Positions 16,987-27,151 of a stretch of 64,000 bases of DNA are shown here, one piece after another. Source of the DNA: an uncultured Pseudohongiella sp. (GTDB taxonomy: Bacteria > Pseudomonadota > Gammaproteobacteria > Pseudomonadales > Pseudohongiellaceae). Position numbers and translations under genes: made by a program. The notes under the pieces were generated by a model. That model saw only the letters and a program-made list of their open reading frames with translations. It was not told where the DNA came from and searched no databases. Position 1 is the stretch's first letter. Each line of letters begins with the position of its first letter. Location: the NCBI GenBank assembly GCA_965212375.1, contig OZ243108.1, positions 2,436,353 to 2,500,352 of the forward strand, given 5' to 3'.

Positions 16987-17268
16987 ATGAAGAAATTCTG
17001 GATATTTGGGCCAGCCACGGGGCTTGCAATTGTGGTGCTGCTGACACTGGTTTTTACCACCTGGAACTGGGTGGAGAATCCAGGCGGAATCTTCCGTGAC
17101 GCAAGCGGAACGCAATGGAGATTTGTTTACGATACCGCCGCCAGCTGGTTCCTGCCGACTTTGATCCCGGTAACAATCGCAGCCACACTTGGCCACATCG
17201 GCATTACCTGCTTGTTCAAGGTTTACAGAAAGTATTTTTCAGGCAATAGTGATCGCTCTGGCCAATAG
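16987..17268 (+). CDS. small membrane protein
   Basis: ATG at 16987 inside track ORF 16825..17268. Encodes MKKFWIFGPATGLAIVVLLTLVF... with 2-3 hydrophobic helices. Confidence 0.4.
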   Translation: MKKFWIFGPATGLAIVVLLTLVFTTWNWVENPGGIFRDASGTQWRFVYDTAASWFLPTLIPVTIAATLGHIGITCLFKVYRKYFSGNSDRSGQ

Positions 17269-17336
17269 AAGCCTGCTCTGCAGCAAGCTGAATGACTCGC
17301 TCAGGGTGAGCGGCGCCACACTAAAGGGAAAATGTT

Positions 17337-18140
17337 GTGTCACGATTAGAAGGCAAGATAGCACTGGTAACGGGTGCGGCCCAGGGTATTGGCCAGGCCA
17401 TCGCAGCACTGTTCGTATCCGAAGGTGCAACCGTCATCCTATCGGATATTAACGACGAAGCTGGCAAGACAGTGGCTGCAGAACTGGGGGAGCGCGCCGA
17501 GTATCTTCACCTGGACGTGGCCGAAGAGACTGCCTGGCAGAACGCTGCCCGGCATATCAATGACAAGTACGGACACCTGGACATCCTGGTCAATAACGCT
17601 GGCATCACCGGCTTCCTTGAAACCGCTGGCCCCCATGACCCGGAAAACCTTGATATGGCAAGTTGGCACAAGGTACACGACGTCAACCTGCACGGCACCG
17701 CGCTGGGATGCAAGTACGGCATTCAACTAATGAAGTCGTCCGCAAGCGCCAGCATTATCAATGTCTCCTCGCGTTCGGGTATGGTCGGCATTCCCGGTGC
17801 CGCTGCCTATGCATCCAGCAAGGCAGCAATGCGCAACCATACCAAAACTGTTGCGCTCTACTGCGCCAACGAGAACTACCCGATCCGCTGTAACTCTTTG
17901 CACCCCGCGGCGATTATGACTCCCTTGTGGGATGCCATGCTCGGCGAGGGCGAGGCCAGGGAAAAGACCTTGAAGGCAATCAGTGCGGATATCCCCATGG
18001 GCAAAATGGGTGATCCCATGGATGTTGCCTACGCGGCTCTATACCTGGCAGCCGATGAATCCAGCTATGTCACCGGCTCCGAGCTTACCATCGACGGCGG
18101 TATCCTGGCTGGAAGTACCGCCGCGCCCGCAAGTGACTAG
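17337..18140 (+). CDS. short-chain dehydrogenase/reductase (classical SDR)
   Basis: 267-aa ORF with TGAAQGIG, NNAG and the YxxxK motif (YASSKAA). Confidence 0.85.
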   Translation: MSRLEGKIALVTGAAQGIGQAIAALFVSEGATVILSDINDEAGKTVAAELGERAEYLHLDVAEETAWQNAARHINDKYGHLDILVNNAGITGFLETAGPHDPENLDMASWHKVHDVNLHGTALGCKYGIQLMKSSASASIINVSSRSGMVGIPGAAAYASSKAAMRNHTKTVALYCANENYPIRCNSLHPAAIMTPLWDAMLGEGEAREKTLKAISADIPMGKMGDPMDVAYAALYLAADESSYVTGSELTIDGGILAGSTAAPASD

Positions 18141-18198
18141 CAGGCAACTGGCGCCCTGCCGGGCCGGGTAGCCAGCGCACGCAGTGAACGCCAGCCAT

Positions 18199-18262
18199 GA
18201 ACACTAAGAGAGAGAACGCTAAAAGAGAGAACACTGAAAGAGAAAACACTAAAAGGGACACT
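18199..18262. repeat. 15-bp tandem repeat, about 4.3 copies (GAACACTAAGAGAGA)
   Basis: GAACACTAAGAGAGA, GAACGCTAAAAGAGA, GAACACTGAAAGAGA, AAACACTAAAAGGGA. It ends about 17 nt upstream of the ATG at 18279. Confidence 0.9.
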
Positions 18263-18278
18263 GAGGCCCAAACCCGTT

Positions 18279-18602
18279 ATGGACAAGGTCTTTTCCCATG
18301 AAAACCTGGCAATTGTGAACTCGGCAAAAAACCTGCTGGAGCTGAACAACATCGCCTGTTTCATCAAGAACGAATACCATGCCGCTGGCGGGCATGTCGG
18401 CTTCAGCGCGATACCTGTTGAGCTATGGGTGCACGATTCGACCCAGGCAGCGACGGCCCAAGCGTTGCTGGAAAAAGAGCTGGCCCCGGACCGCCAAAGC
18501 GAAGACTGGGTGTGTGAACACTGTGGCGAAAAAAATAGTGGTTCATTTGAGGTGTGCTGGCAGTGCCAGCACGCGCCCGGCGAGAATTCCAAATCCGACT
18601 AG
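18279..18602 (+). CDS. DUF2007-like small protein with C-terminal zinc ribbon
   Basis: 107-aa ORF with an N-terminal putative signal-transducing fold and two CxxC pairs (CEHCGEKNSGSFEVCWQC). Confidence 0.65.
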   Translation: MDKVFSHENLAIVNSAKNLLELNNIACFIKNEYHAAGGHVGFSAIPVELWVHDSTQAATAQALLEKELAPDRQSEDWVCEHCGEKNSGSFEVCWQCQHAPGENSKSD

Positions 18603-18628
18603 GCAGGCCCTGGCGTAGATATGATTAT

Positions 18629-19387
18629 ATGACAGTTGAAAATCAGCAAGACATGGATGGCATTTTGCAGACTGGCCAGGTAGTGGCCCGGGTGCGCGAT
18701 GCCATGCTCCAGGCTATTGAGCCCGGCATGACCACGGCCGAGCTTGATGCCTTGGGCGCACAGTTACTTGATAAATACGAAGCCAGATCCGCCCCCAGAG
18801 TGACCTATGATTTCCCCGGTGCGACCTGCATCAGTATCAATGAACAAGCAGCACATGGAATTCCAGGTGACCGGGTGATCAAGGCCGGTGATATCGTCAA
18901 CGTTGATGTGTCCGCAGAAAAAGGCGGCTACTTTGCCGATACTGGTGGCAGCATCGTGGTCCCGCCGATCACTGCGATAAAGTCCCGCTTGTGTGAAGCC
19001 ACTCGCCTGGCCCTGAAGCAGGCAATTAGCGAGGCTCGGGCCGGCGCCCGTATCAATCGCATTGGCCGGGCCATCCAGCGTACAGCCAAAGACCATGGCT
19101 TCGAGACCATCCGAAACCTTTCCGGCCACGGTATTGGTCGCAGTCTGCACGAAGAACCCACTGGCATAGTCAGCTACTATGACCGCCACGACACTCGCTG
19201 CCTGGTCAACGGTCAGGTGATCGCCATTGAGCCGTTCCTTTCAACCGATAGCACAATGGTTACTCAGGCACCCGATGGCTGGACGCTGGTGGGCCAGCCC
19301 GGCAATCTGTCAGCCCAGTATGAACACACCCTCATTGTTACCAAGGGTTCTCCCATTGTCGCCACTTTGTCACAACCGCCTGACTAG
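18629..19387 (+). CDS. map: type I methionine aminopeptidase
   Basis: ATG at 18629 inside track ORF 18554..19387. Metal-ligand motifs present (NVDVS, GHGIG, EPF, EHT). Confidence 0.85.
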   Translation: MTVENQQDMDGILQTGQVVARVRDAMLQAIEPGMTTAELDALGAQLLDKYEARSAPRVTYDFPGATCISINEQAAHGIPGDRVIKAGDIVNVDVSAEKGGYFADTGGSIVVPPITAIKSRLCEATRLALKQAISEARAGARINRIGRAIQRTAKDHGFETIRNLSGHGIGRSLHEEPTGIVSYYDRHDTRCLVNGQVIAIEPFLSTDSTMVTQAPDGWTLVGQPGNLSAQYEHTLIVTKGSPIVATLSQPPD

Positions 19388-19414
19388 GCCAGACCAGGAA
19401 AGCGGAACAGTCCC

Positions 19415-19903
19415 GTGAACATCAGAGTGGCAACGTCCGGTGACTTCGATGCGATTTGGCCGATCTTTCAGCAAGTCGTTGCCGCCGGCGACACCTACGG
19501 CTACCGACCCGACACCAGTAAAGAAGACGCATTCCACCTGTGGATGGAATCCCCGCGCCAGACCTATTTGGTTGAAGTCGATGGCCAGATTCTCGGCACC
19601 TACTATCTGAAAACCAATCAAGAGGGACCTGGCGCCCACGTCTGTAACTGTGGCTATATGGTGGCAGCCGCCGCCCGTGGCCAGGGCCTGGCCACGCTGA
19701 TGTGTGAGCATTCGCAACGCGAAGCAGTCAGGCTGGGTTATCGGGCGATGCAGTTCAATCTGGTAGCCAGCAGCAACGTGGGCGCGATGGCGCTTTGGGA
19801 GAAACTGGGTTTTGCACAAGTGGGGAGACTGCCGCTGGCATTCAATCACCCGAAGCGGGGCTTTGTTGATGCGCTGGTTATGTATAAGTGGCTTGTCGAC
19901 TGA
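19415..19903 (+). CDS. GNAT family N-acetyltransferase
   Basis: 162-aa ORF with the acetyl-CoA motif (ARGQGLATLM). Confidence 0.8.
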   Translation: MNIRVATSGDFDAIWPIFQQVVAAGDTYGYRPDTSKEDAFHLWMESPRQTYLVEVDGQILGTYYLKTNQEGPGAHVCNCGYMVAAAARGQGLATLMCEHSQREAVRLGYRAMQFNLVASSNVGAMALWEKLGFAQVGRLPLAFNHPKRGFVDALVMYKWLVD

Positions 19904-20001
19904 GCTATGGACTCGGCAAACCAATCCCCTTACCCTCGGCATCTACATCGGCAAACTATTGTTAGGCAAACCACCGTGCATGACTGACACAGCCTGCAGC
20001 C

Positions 20002-21021
20002 ATGATTAATGCGCTAAACAAAACCAGCCTTGTGCTTGCAGGTATTTTCTACCTGCTTGCCGGTTCGGCCGCCCAGGCGCAGCACAACGACATTCCCCGA
20101 ACCCCTTACGGGCACCCTGATCTGCAGGGCGACTGGATCAACGACGTGCAGGCACCGCTGGTGCGCCCGGAAGTCCTGGGTGAGCAGCAAGCCTACACTG
20201 AAGCCGAGGTGCGAACCCTGCTGGCCGCGCGCGCGGAACAACAACGCATGCGGGAACGGGCTTCCGACCCGAACCGGCCAGCACCACCGATAGGCGACAC
20301 AATAACCAACATCGCCGACGGCAATTTTCTCCCGGAAATGCCGCTGTCTCCTCCCTACGTCAACGGGGAATACCGGACTTCACTGATAATCGATCCTCCC
20401 GATGGCCGCGTGCCGTTGATCGATGGCGCCCGGGATTATTATGCGCAGCTACAGGCCCAGGGGTTTGGACAATTCGATGGCCCGGAAACCCGTCCCGCCA
20501 ATGAGCGCTGCCTGAATTCACCGGGCCAGTTGCCACTGGTTATCCAGATCCCGCCCGGCGATTCAAAGACCATGCAGATTATCCAGACCCGCGACTATGT
20601 GGTGCTGAATGCGGAATACGCCACCAGCGTTCGCATCGTCCCCCTGCACCTTGATGAAAACCCGATTGCCTGGCCGCAGTGGCGCGGTGTGTCGGTCGGA
20701 CACTGGCAAGGCGATACCCTGGTGATCCGCACCCGTCAGTTCCGCCCGGAACAAACCCGGCCCACCATACCCTCATCTGGGCAGCTGGAAACTATTGAAG
20801 AATTTACCCTGACTGGCGCTGATGAACTGCTCTATCGCTTCCGGTTTTCCGACCCGGAAACCATTGACGGGTCTTTCACCGGCGAGTTGCCACTAAGCCG
20901 GATGCCTGCGGGGCAGCGTCTCTACGAGTCCGCCTGTCACGAGGGCAACTACAGTTTACCCGGAGTACTGGCTGGCGCCCGGCGCGCGGAAATAGAACAG
21001 GAAATGGCAACCTCGCGCTAG
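20002..21021 (+). CDS. secreted hypothetical protein
   Basis: 339-aa ORF with a signal peptide (LAGSAAQAQ). No family recognised. Confidence 0.6.
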   Translation: MINALNKTSLVLAGIFYLLAGSAAQAQHNDIPRTPYGHPDLQGDWINDVQAPLVRPEVLGEQQAYTEAEVRTLLAARAEQQRMRERASDPNRPAPPIGDTITNIADGNFLPEMPLSPPYVNGEYRTSLIIDPPDGRVPLIDGARDYYAQLQAQGFGQFDGPETRPANERCLNSPGQLPLVIQIPPGDSKTMQIIQTRDYVVLNAEYATSVRIVPLHLDENPIAWPQWRGVSVGHWQGDTLVIRTRQFRPEQTRPTIPSSGQLETIEEFTLTGADELLYRFRFSDPETIDGSFTGELPLSRMPAGQRLYESACHEGNYSLPGVLAGARRAEIEQEMATSR

Positions 21022-21247
21022 TCAGGCCGGGGGACACCGCCAGGCGCCGGCCTGTGCCCCACCCTTCAGGGAACCTCTGAGTAATATCGATTTTCTGGCC
21101 CGTCTCCAGCATGTGACCCGCAACCCGGGGGCGCCAGCACTTTAGGACATACGTCCCAAACCCGCAGTTACGGGCGTTTGCCCAATTCTTCCAGCTCCAC
21201 ATTGGCCTAATCTGACCTCCACAAACCGGCGCAATGCGCCCAGGAGG

Positions 21248-21829
21248 TTGACCATGACTACCCACGATTTTTCCTATTCAACAACTGCCCGGCTTATCCA
21301 TCTCGGGCTGGCGGTGTTCGGCATCGCGGCTTTCCTGACCGGTGAACTGGCAGAAGACGGCGGTCGCTCGGGCTACCTGATCCATGCCTATCTCGGCCTG
21401 TCCCTCGCCGCAGTGATGCTGCTGCGCATGGGCACCGGGTTCGGCCACAGCCGAACGCTCGGATTTCGCCACTGGCGACTTTTTTCACGCGAACAGTGGC
21501 TGCAGACCCGTGCCGACATCGTTGGCCTGCTGCGCTTCAAAGTGCCCGAAGGCGGCCAGCATCGGGGCCTGTCCGGCTTCGTCCAGGCGCTGGGGCTGCT
21601 TATCTTTGCCTGGATGGCTGCATCTGGCACAGTACTTTACCTGACCGAGGGAAACGTCAGCCGGGCATTGTTTCACCGCCTGGAAGATTTTCACCTGCTG
21701 GGTGAGGGATTAATCCCGGTGTACTTGCTGCTTCATGTAGGCGCGGTAATTCTGCATACTCTGGTTGGCCAACCGGTCTGGCAACGCATGTTCCGTCCCG
21801 GCCGCCCAAGCAAATTCATTGACCAGTAA
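21248..21829 (+). CDS. cytochrome b561 / Ni-Fe-hydrogenase b-type cytochrome family membrane protein
   Basis: 193-aa ORF with four hydrophobic helices and conserved His positions (RLIHLGLAV..., HAYLGL, HLLGE, HVGAVILH). Confidence 0.65.
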   Translation: MTMTTHDFSYSTTARLIHLGLAVFGIAAFLTGELAEDGGRSGYLIHAYLGLSLAAVMLLRMGTGFGHSRTLGFRHWRLFSREQWLQTRADIVGLLRFKVPEGGQHRGLSGFVQALGLLIFAWMAASGTVLYLTEGNVSRALFHRLEDFHLLGEGLIPVYLLLHVGAVILHTLVGQPVWQRMFRPGRPSKFIDQ

Positions 21830-21837
21830 ATGACACT

Positions 21838-22386
21838 ATGCGCGCAAACCTGAAAAAGCTCCTGCCCGCCACCGTGCTGGCAGGAGCTGCCGCTTTTTTC
21901 GCCTACGACATCCTGGTGGACCTGCTGACCGGTATCGACAGCATGGGCCACATTGTTGTGGAGATGCTGGTGTTCATCGCCATTACCCTGGTGCTGGCAT
22001 ACGAAATAGCCCGGGTCCGCCAGCTCAATCAGGCCATCGTTCAGGAGCGCAGTAAAACCGCGCGCCTGGCTGGTGAAATGCTGGACGTGATGCGCGCACA
22101 GTTCACCAACTGGCAGCTTTCCGCATCCGAGGTCGACGTGGCGCTGCTGCTTATCAAGGGTCTGTCCATGAAAGAGATCGCCACGGCGCGCAACGTCAAG
22201 GAAAAAACCGTGCGTACCCAGGCGGCTAGCGTTTATGCAAAGTCCGGTCATGCCGGTCGGCACGAACTGGCTGCCCATTTCATTGAGGACCTGATGAGCG
22301 CCATACCTCTGGTTGAGCCTAAACCAAACCCAGCAGACTCGCGCGGGGACCACCTGGCGGCAGGTACTGAAAAGCTGGCCAGGTGA
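21838..22386 (+). CDS. membrane-anchored LuxR-family HTH regulator
   Basis: 182-aa ORF with two N-terminal helices and a LuxR C-terminal HTH (SASEVDVALLLIKGLSMKEIATARNVKEKTVRTQ). Confidence 0.75.
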   Translation: MRANLKKLLPATVLAGAAAFFAYDILVDLLTGIDSMGHIVVEMLVFIAITLVLAYEIARVRQLNQAIVQERSKTARLAGEMLDVMRAQFTNWQLSASEVDVALLLIKGLSMKEIATARNVKEKTVRTQAASVYAKSGHAGRHELAAHFIEDLMSAIPLVEPKPNPADSRGDHLAAGTEKLAR

Positions 22387-22419
22387 GCTGCAAGGACACA
22401 ACAGCTCAAAGGTTCATTC

Positions 22420-23133
22420 ATGGCTGAATGGTTGATTGTTCTAGGTCTGGCATCGGTCGCGGGGCTTGCCATGCCCGCCGGTGCCTGTCTGGCACGGTTC
22501 GAAAAGATTCGCCCCAACTGGCTGGACAATGAATTGCGTCATGGCGTGATCGCCTTCGGCGGCGGTGCCTTATTGTCAGCTGTGGCCCTGGTGCTGGTGC
22601 CGGAAGGCATCCATGGTCTATCAACGCTGGGCACTGCGGTCTGTTTTTCCGGTGGCGGCCTCGCCTTCATGGCGCTGGACATCGCACTGGCGAATCGGGA
22701 AAGCTCTGCCAGCCAGCTCACCGCCATGCTTGCCGATTTTCTACCGGAATCGTTGGCCCTGGGCGCTACATTTGCTCTCGGTGGACAATCTGCTCCACTG
22801 CTGGCCGGGTTGATCGCGCTGCAGAATCTGCCGGAAGGATTCAATGCCTACCGGGAGCTGATTGAGTCAGGTCCGATGCGTGGCACACAGGTGATTGCCG
22901 CATTTGCCTTGCTGGCACTGCTCGGACCCGTAGCCGCCCTGTCCGGATACTTTTGGCTGGCCGGTTTCCCTGTTCTCGTATCGGGCATTATGTTGTTTGC
23001 TGCGGGCGGGATTCTTTACGTTGTCTTTCAGGACATTGCGCCGCAGGCAAAACTTGAACGCAATTGGGCGCCATCACTTGGAGCAGTAGCCGGCTTTCTG
23101 CTCGGGCTGATCGGGCACATGTACGTAAGCTAA
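22420..23133 (+). CDS. ZIP family metal transporter
   Basis: 237-aa polytopic membrane ORF with the ZIP signature region (ALQNLPEGF). Confidence 0.7.
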   Translation: MAEWLIVLGLASVAGLAMPAGACLARFEKIRPNWLDNELRHGVIAFGGGALLSAVALVLVPEGIHGLSTLGTAVCFSGGGLAFMALDIALANRESSASQLTAMLADFLPESLALGATFALGGQSAPLLAGLIALQNLPEGFNAYRELIESGPMRGTQVIAAFALLALLGPVAALSGYFWLAGFPVLVSGIMLFAAGGILYVVFQDIAPQAKLERNWAPSLGAVAGFLLGLIGHMYVS

Positions 23134-23220
23134 ACACCCTCGTTTATCTTCTGTGCCATGACTTTGGCAGCGCTATTCACTATCCTGATATGCCTTATCT
23201 GATAACGCCTGGTGGCAGCC

Positions 23221-23622
23221 ATGAAAAAAGCGGTGCGCGACTTTCTCAAGGGCCTGGAAAACGATTCCCAGCGCGAAGATTCATTCAAACTGATCCGGCT
23301 GATGGAAGAAGAGTCTGGTTACCAGGCCGCCCTGCACGGCACCATGATCGGTTTTGGCATGTACCATTATAAATATGCAAGCGGCCGGGAGGGTGACTGG
23401 TTCGTCACCGGGTTCGCGCCCCGCAAACGCAACATGACGGTCTATATCATGCCGGGCTTTTCGGACTACGAGAAGGAGCTGGCAACGATCGGCAAGCACA
23501 AGTCGGCCAAGTCCTGTTTGTACTTCAACAAACTAACGGACCTGGATGAAAAGGTGCTGCGTAAGATGGTCCGTCACTCGGTGAAGACCATGCAGAAAAA
23601 GTACCCTTGCCGCGTCGACTGA
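23221..23622 (+). CDS. DUF1801 (YdhG-like) domain protein
   Basis: ATG at 23221 inside track ORF 23212..23622. Sequence typical of the DUF1801 family. Confidence 0.65.
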   Translation: MKKAVRDFLKGLENDSQREDSFKLIRLMEEESGYQAALHGTMIGFGMYHYKYASGREGDWFVTGFAPRKRNMTVYIMPGFSDYEKELATIGKHKSAKSCLYFNKLTDLDEKVLRKMVRHSVKTMQKKYPCRVD

Positions 23623-23783
23623 CTAATGCGCCCCGTTACACCCGGGCCATCTCTCAAGGGTATGCATCACTATACGCCTGGGGCGCAGAGCCACGTGTTT
23701 AACCGTGACTCCGGCCCCTGGCTATTTCCTGCATTCAGCCCCGGCCCCGAATAATCCTCTAGCGGGCCCGGGGCAAATCACCG

Positions 23784-26702
23784 CTAACGTGGAGTCCACT
23801 CGAATGAGGCCCAGAACTGGCGGCCCCAGGGAGTCGACAGGCGGGACTCAAAACCGCCCAGGATCGGCAACTGCTGCGGACGTTCTTCGAACAGATTATT
23901 CACCCCCAGACTGAGCACGAAATCGCTTTCCCAGAAGTCTTCCAGCGCGTAGGTGTAGCGCACATTGGTGCGCGATTCACCGTGAATAACATTACCCGCT
24001 GGGGCTTCCCAGCCATCGCCATAGTTATCGAAGACCCTGTCATCGAAAGTCACGTCGTCCCAGTAGTTGGTGGATATTGAGGCGCTGTGGTTATTCATGA
24101 ACCAGTTGAGCCGCAGGTTGTACTTCAGTTCCGGCAGCGGTGGGGCGATCCCCGAGTTGGCATTCTGAAAACCCAGTGCTTCGGTGCGACCGCCAAACAG
24201 ATCCTGGTACTCGTAGGTCAGGTAATTGGTTACCGTCCATGAGGCGTCAAATGTCCCCCAATTATCCATCTGCCAGCGATAGTCGATCTTCGCGTCAATC
24301 AGGTCAATCCACACCGAACTGATGTTCTGCGCCTGGCGAAAAATACGATCGAGCTCGAAGTTATCGAAGCGCTGCACCGGATTGCCCTGTTGTGTCGCCC
24401 GTCCCTGGTACCAGGCTTCTGCCTGCTGGCGACTTGCCGAGCCTGGAGTCGGGTCGTAGCTAGCCTCTGCAATACCGGTATCAGCCAGGAAATTCTGAAA
24501 CTCGAATGCCACCGTGTCCTGCTCGGTAAGCGTACGAATCCGGTTCGTGTACTCAATTTCCTGATAATCAATACTGACTTCCAGGCCGGACAGATTTGCA
24601 GTGGGCTGCCAGCTCAGGCCGATATTCTGGATTGTCGATTCCTCCGGCTTGAGACTGGGATTGCCCGACGCACAGCGTGTGGAGCCGGTCATTGGCTGAC
24701 CGGTAAACGGGTCCGTGCCGGAGAAAGTCTCCAGGCAGTTTTCATTGGGGATAAACGGTCGCGCCTGCTCTGGGGTCGGCGCCAGGAAGCTTTCGCCCCA
24801 GGATGCCCGTACCGCCAGTTCCGGCGTGATCTCCCAACGCGCCTGTACTTTCGGCGTGGTTGCTTCCAGTCCGAAATCCGTGAAGCGCTCGTGACGAACA
24901 GCCGCCTGAACATCAACGGTTTCCAAAATCGGGATCTCAAACTCCAGAAATGCTGCCTTGGTCTCTGACTGGAACGTGGCATCAAATGGCGCCGGCGCCC
25001 CGATCGCCGTGTTGTAGTCATGACCGGCCGCATCCAGCGGTACGACAAAATTGGAATTGGTCAGGTCACGCCACTGGAAACCAGCCGCCATACGCAGCGG
25101 CCCTGCCCACAGGTCAATCACTTCACCCGTGGCAGCGAATTCAAAGATATCCAGATAATCGCGACCGGTGAGCAGATTGTCCTGTACCTCGAACAGCCAG
25201 TTCGTCAGTTCCGGGCTGTTGGCGTGAATCGCCGGGTCGTGGCCGGGAAAACGGGGGTCAGCGGAGCCGAACGGATTCCAGTATTGGTCGCCATTGGGTC
25301 CGCCCTGCCCGTCCAGCGCCAGCTGCAGTTTGCCCAGATGAATGGCGCGCGAATCAGAGGTGTTCTTGCGCGCGCTATCCAGGTAGTAGGCGTAGGCTGT
25401 CCAGGTGTCGGACAAATTGAAATCCGCCTGCAGCTTGTAGCGGTTGGTGGCGGTATGGGTTTCAAATTCGCGCGAGCCACTGATGTCATCAAGGTGGGCT
25501 GGCCGGTGAGTGTAGGCCTCGGTGATCATGCGCCAGTTCCACGGCGAGACATCGAAGCCCCAGGGATTGGCCGGATGGTCCTCGCGCACCAGCAGGACGC
25601 GACGGTTGTTGGTAGAGGTCGCCGTGGTGGACGTGGTGCGGCCATCGGAGATCCGATAGGCATTCATCGCCACCAGGTTCAGGCCAAACCATTCTGCCGG
25701 TTCCCAGCTCACCGAATTGTAAAGATTGTAAACTGTCTGCTCGGTGCGGTAGGCAAATTGCTTGGTGTACTCGAACCGGCAGATATTGCCGCCGTTGGTC
25801 AACACGCCCGAGGGAGTGTTGAAAGCGCCTTTGCCGTGACCAGGCGCACCGTCGTTAAAAGTCTCACAAGCCGGGTCCACCAGGTTACCCCCGGTAGAGG
25901 TGCCGCCATGAAAATCGTAGAGATTCAGGGTCGGATCGGCGCCTACGATTTGTCGCCACGCGCCGGGATTACCCGAGGACGAAGAACCATTGTCCATCTC
26001 CCACTCGCGCAGTCGTTCGTATTGCATTAACGGCGTCATGGCGGTCCAGTCGAAGGCCCCCACATAGTTAATGCCGTTGTCAAAGGAGCGACCCCAGAGA
26101 AAACTCGCCTTCATGTCCTCCATCGAGTCATCGCCGTCTACCTGATAGTAGTTCCGATGACGAAAGCCATTGAACTCCTTGATAGGAATCATGTTCACGA
26201 CCCCTGCTACCGCATCGGAGCCATAAAGTGCAGAGCCGCCATCCAGTACCACCTCGAGTCGCTCTACCGCAATATCAGGCAGGGCCATATTGATGGACGG
26301 ATCGATCATTCGGGCGCCATCCACGAGTTGCAGCGTGGAATTCTCCCCCAGCCCGCGCAGATTGAAGCTGGCCCCCACCGAATCCTGCCCGCCATCCTGT
26401 GACGACAGTACATTGGCCACCACATCAGTATTCTGCGTATAGGTCAGGTCGCGGATGTAGTTTTCCATACTGGGGGCACCGGACTCATAAAGGTCCGCCT
26501 GCGTTACCGTGGACACGTTAGCGTCCTGGGCAAAAGCCGAGTTCCTGATATAGGAACCGGTGACAATGACTTCTTCTACTTGCGTAGCGTCATCCTGAGC
26601 GTGAACAAGGTTGGTTAAAACCAGGTTGGGTAAAACAAGTGGGGCAATCAGACACGAGCGAATGGCGTGGCGTAGGCAGCCACGCTTGGATAGGTAATGC
26701 AT
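23784..26702 (-). CDS. TonB-dependent outer-membrane receptor
   Basis: 972-aa ORF with a signal peptide, a plug region (EEVIVTGSYI, LRGLG) and a long beta-barrel. Confidence 0.85.
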   Translation of the reverse strand: MHYLSKRGCLRHAIRSCLIAPLVLPNLVLTNLVHAQDDATQVEEVIVTGSYIRNSAFAQDANVSTVTQADLYESGAPSMENYIRDLTYTQNTDVVANVLSSQDGGQDSVGASFNLRGLGENSTLQLVDGARMIDPSINMALPDIAVERLEVVLDGGSALYGSDAVAGVVNMIPIKEFNGFRHRNYYQVDGDDSMEDMKASFLWGRSFDNGINYVGAFDWTAMTPLMQYERLREWEMDNGSSSSGNPGAWRQIVGADPTLNLYDFHGGTSTGGNLVDPACETFNDGAPGHGKGAFNTPSGVLTNGGNICRFEYTKQFAYRTEQTVYNLYNSVSWEPAEWFGLNLVAMNAYRISDGRTTSTTATSTNNRRVLLVREDHPANPWGFDVSPWNWRMITEAYTHRPAHLDDISGSREFETHTATNRYKLQADFNLSDTWTAYAYYLDSARKNTSDSRAIHLGKLQLALDGQGGPNGDQYWNPFGSADPRFPGHDPAIHANSPELTNWLFEVQDNLLTGRDYLDIFEFAATGEVIDLWAGPLRMAAGFQWRDLTNSNFVVPLDAAGHDYNTAIGAPAPFDATFQSETKAAFLEFEIPILETVDVQAAVRHERFTDFGLEATTPKVQARWEITPELAVRASWGESFLAPTPEQARPFIPNENCLETFSGTDPFTGQPMTGSTRCASGNPSLKPEESTIQNIGLSWQPTANLSGLEVSIDYQEIEYTNRIRTLTEQDTVAFEFQNFLADTGIAEASYDPTPGSASRQQAEAWYQGRATQQGNPVQRFDNFELDRIFRQAQNISSVWIDLIDAKIDYRWQMDNWGTFDASWTVTNYLTYEYQDLFGGRTEALGFQNANSGIAPPLPELKYNLRLNWFMNNHSASISTNYWDDVTFDDRVFDNYGDGWEAPAGNVIHGESRTNVRYTYALEDFWESDFVLSLGVNNLFEERPQQLPILGGFESRLSTPWGRQFWASFEWTPR

Positions 26703-27151
26703 AGAATCTCTCCAGTTTCAGATTAGTATTTCTGGAACAGATTCCTGGGATGATCCAACTCCCGAGAATCTATTCTCCGGAGGGACTGCAAAGTCGCTTT
26801 GTTATTCTGGTTAAATTTTTACCGGTCTAGCGAGACGGCGCGACTTTCCCGATAGAAGCGTTATGGTGCTTCGTGCTGATCAGTGTACTCACGCTCGCCA
26901 CCACTGCCAATCGCAAGACCGATCCTGAAATTCTGGAGAGTGATCGTTCGCTCACCCATACGCCACCCACGATTTTTACGGCTAAGTGTTTAGTACCCTT
27001 ACTATTTTTTCGTGCGCGCAGGAATTTGACTGACACGCACTGGCTGGGGCAACGGTGAAAAATCGACACGGCAATTTGTGACAAATTGTTACAGAGAGGA
27101 GCGAATAGCGATAAGCGTGGTGATGCGCAACCAGGCGGTGTGCCGGCGGTC

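Noticed and set aside
26703-27151. Riboswitch (for example cobalamin) or Fur box upstream of the TonB-dependent receptor
   Set aside because: I could not find the B12-box, other conserved riboswitch cores, or a Fur-box-like 19-mer by eye. Only a short inverted repeat GAGAAT-CT-ATTCTC (26764-26777) is present, which is too weak to call. It needs an Rfam scan.
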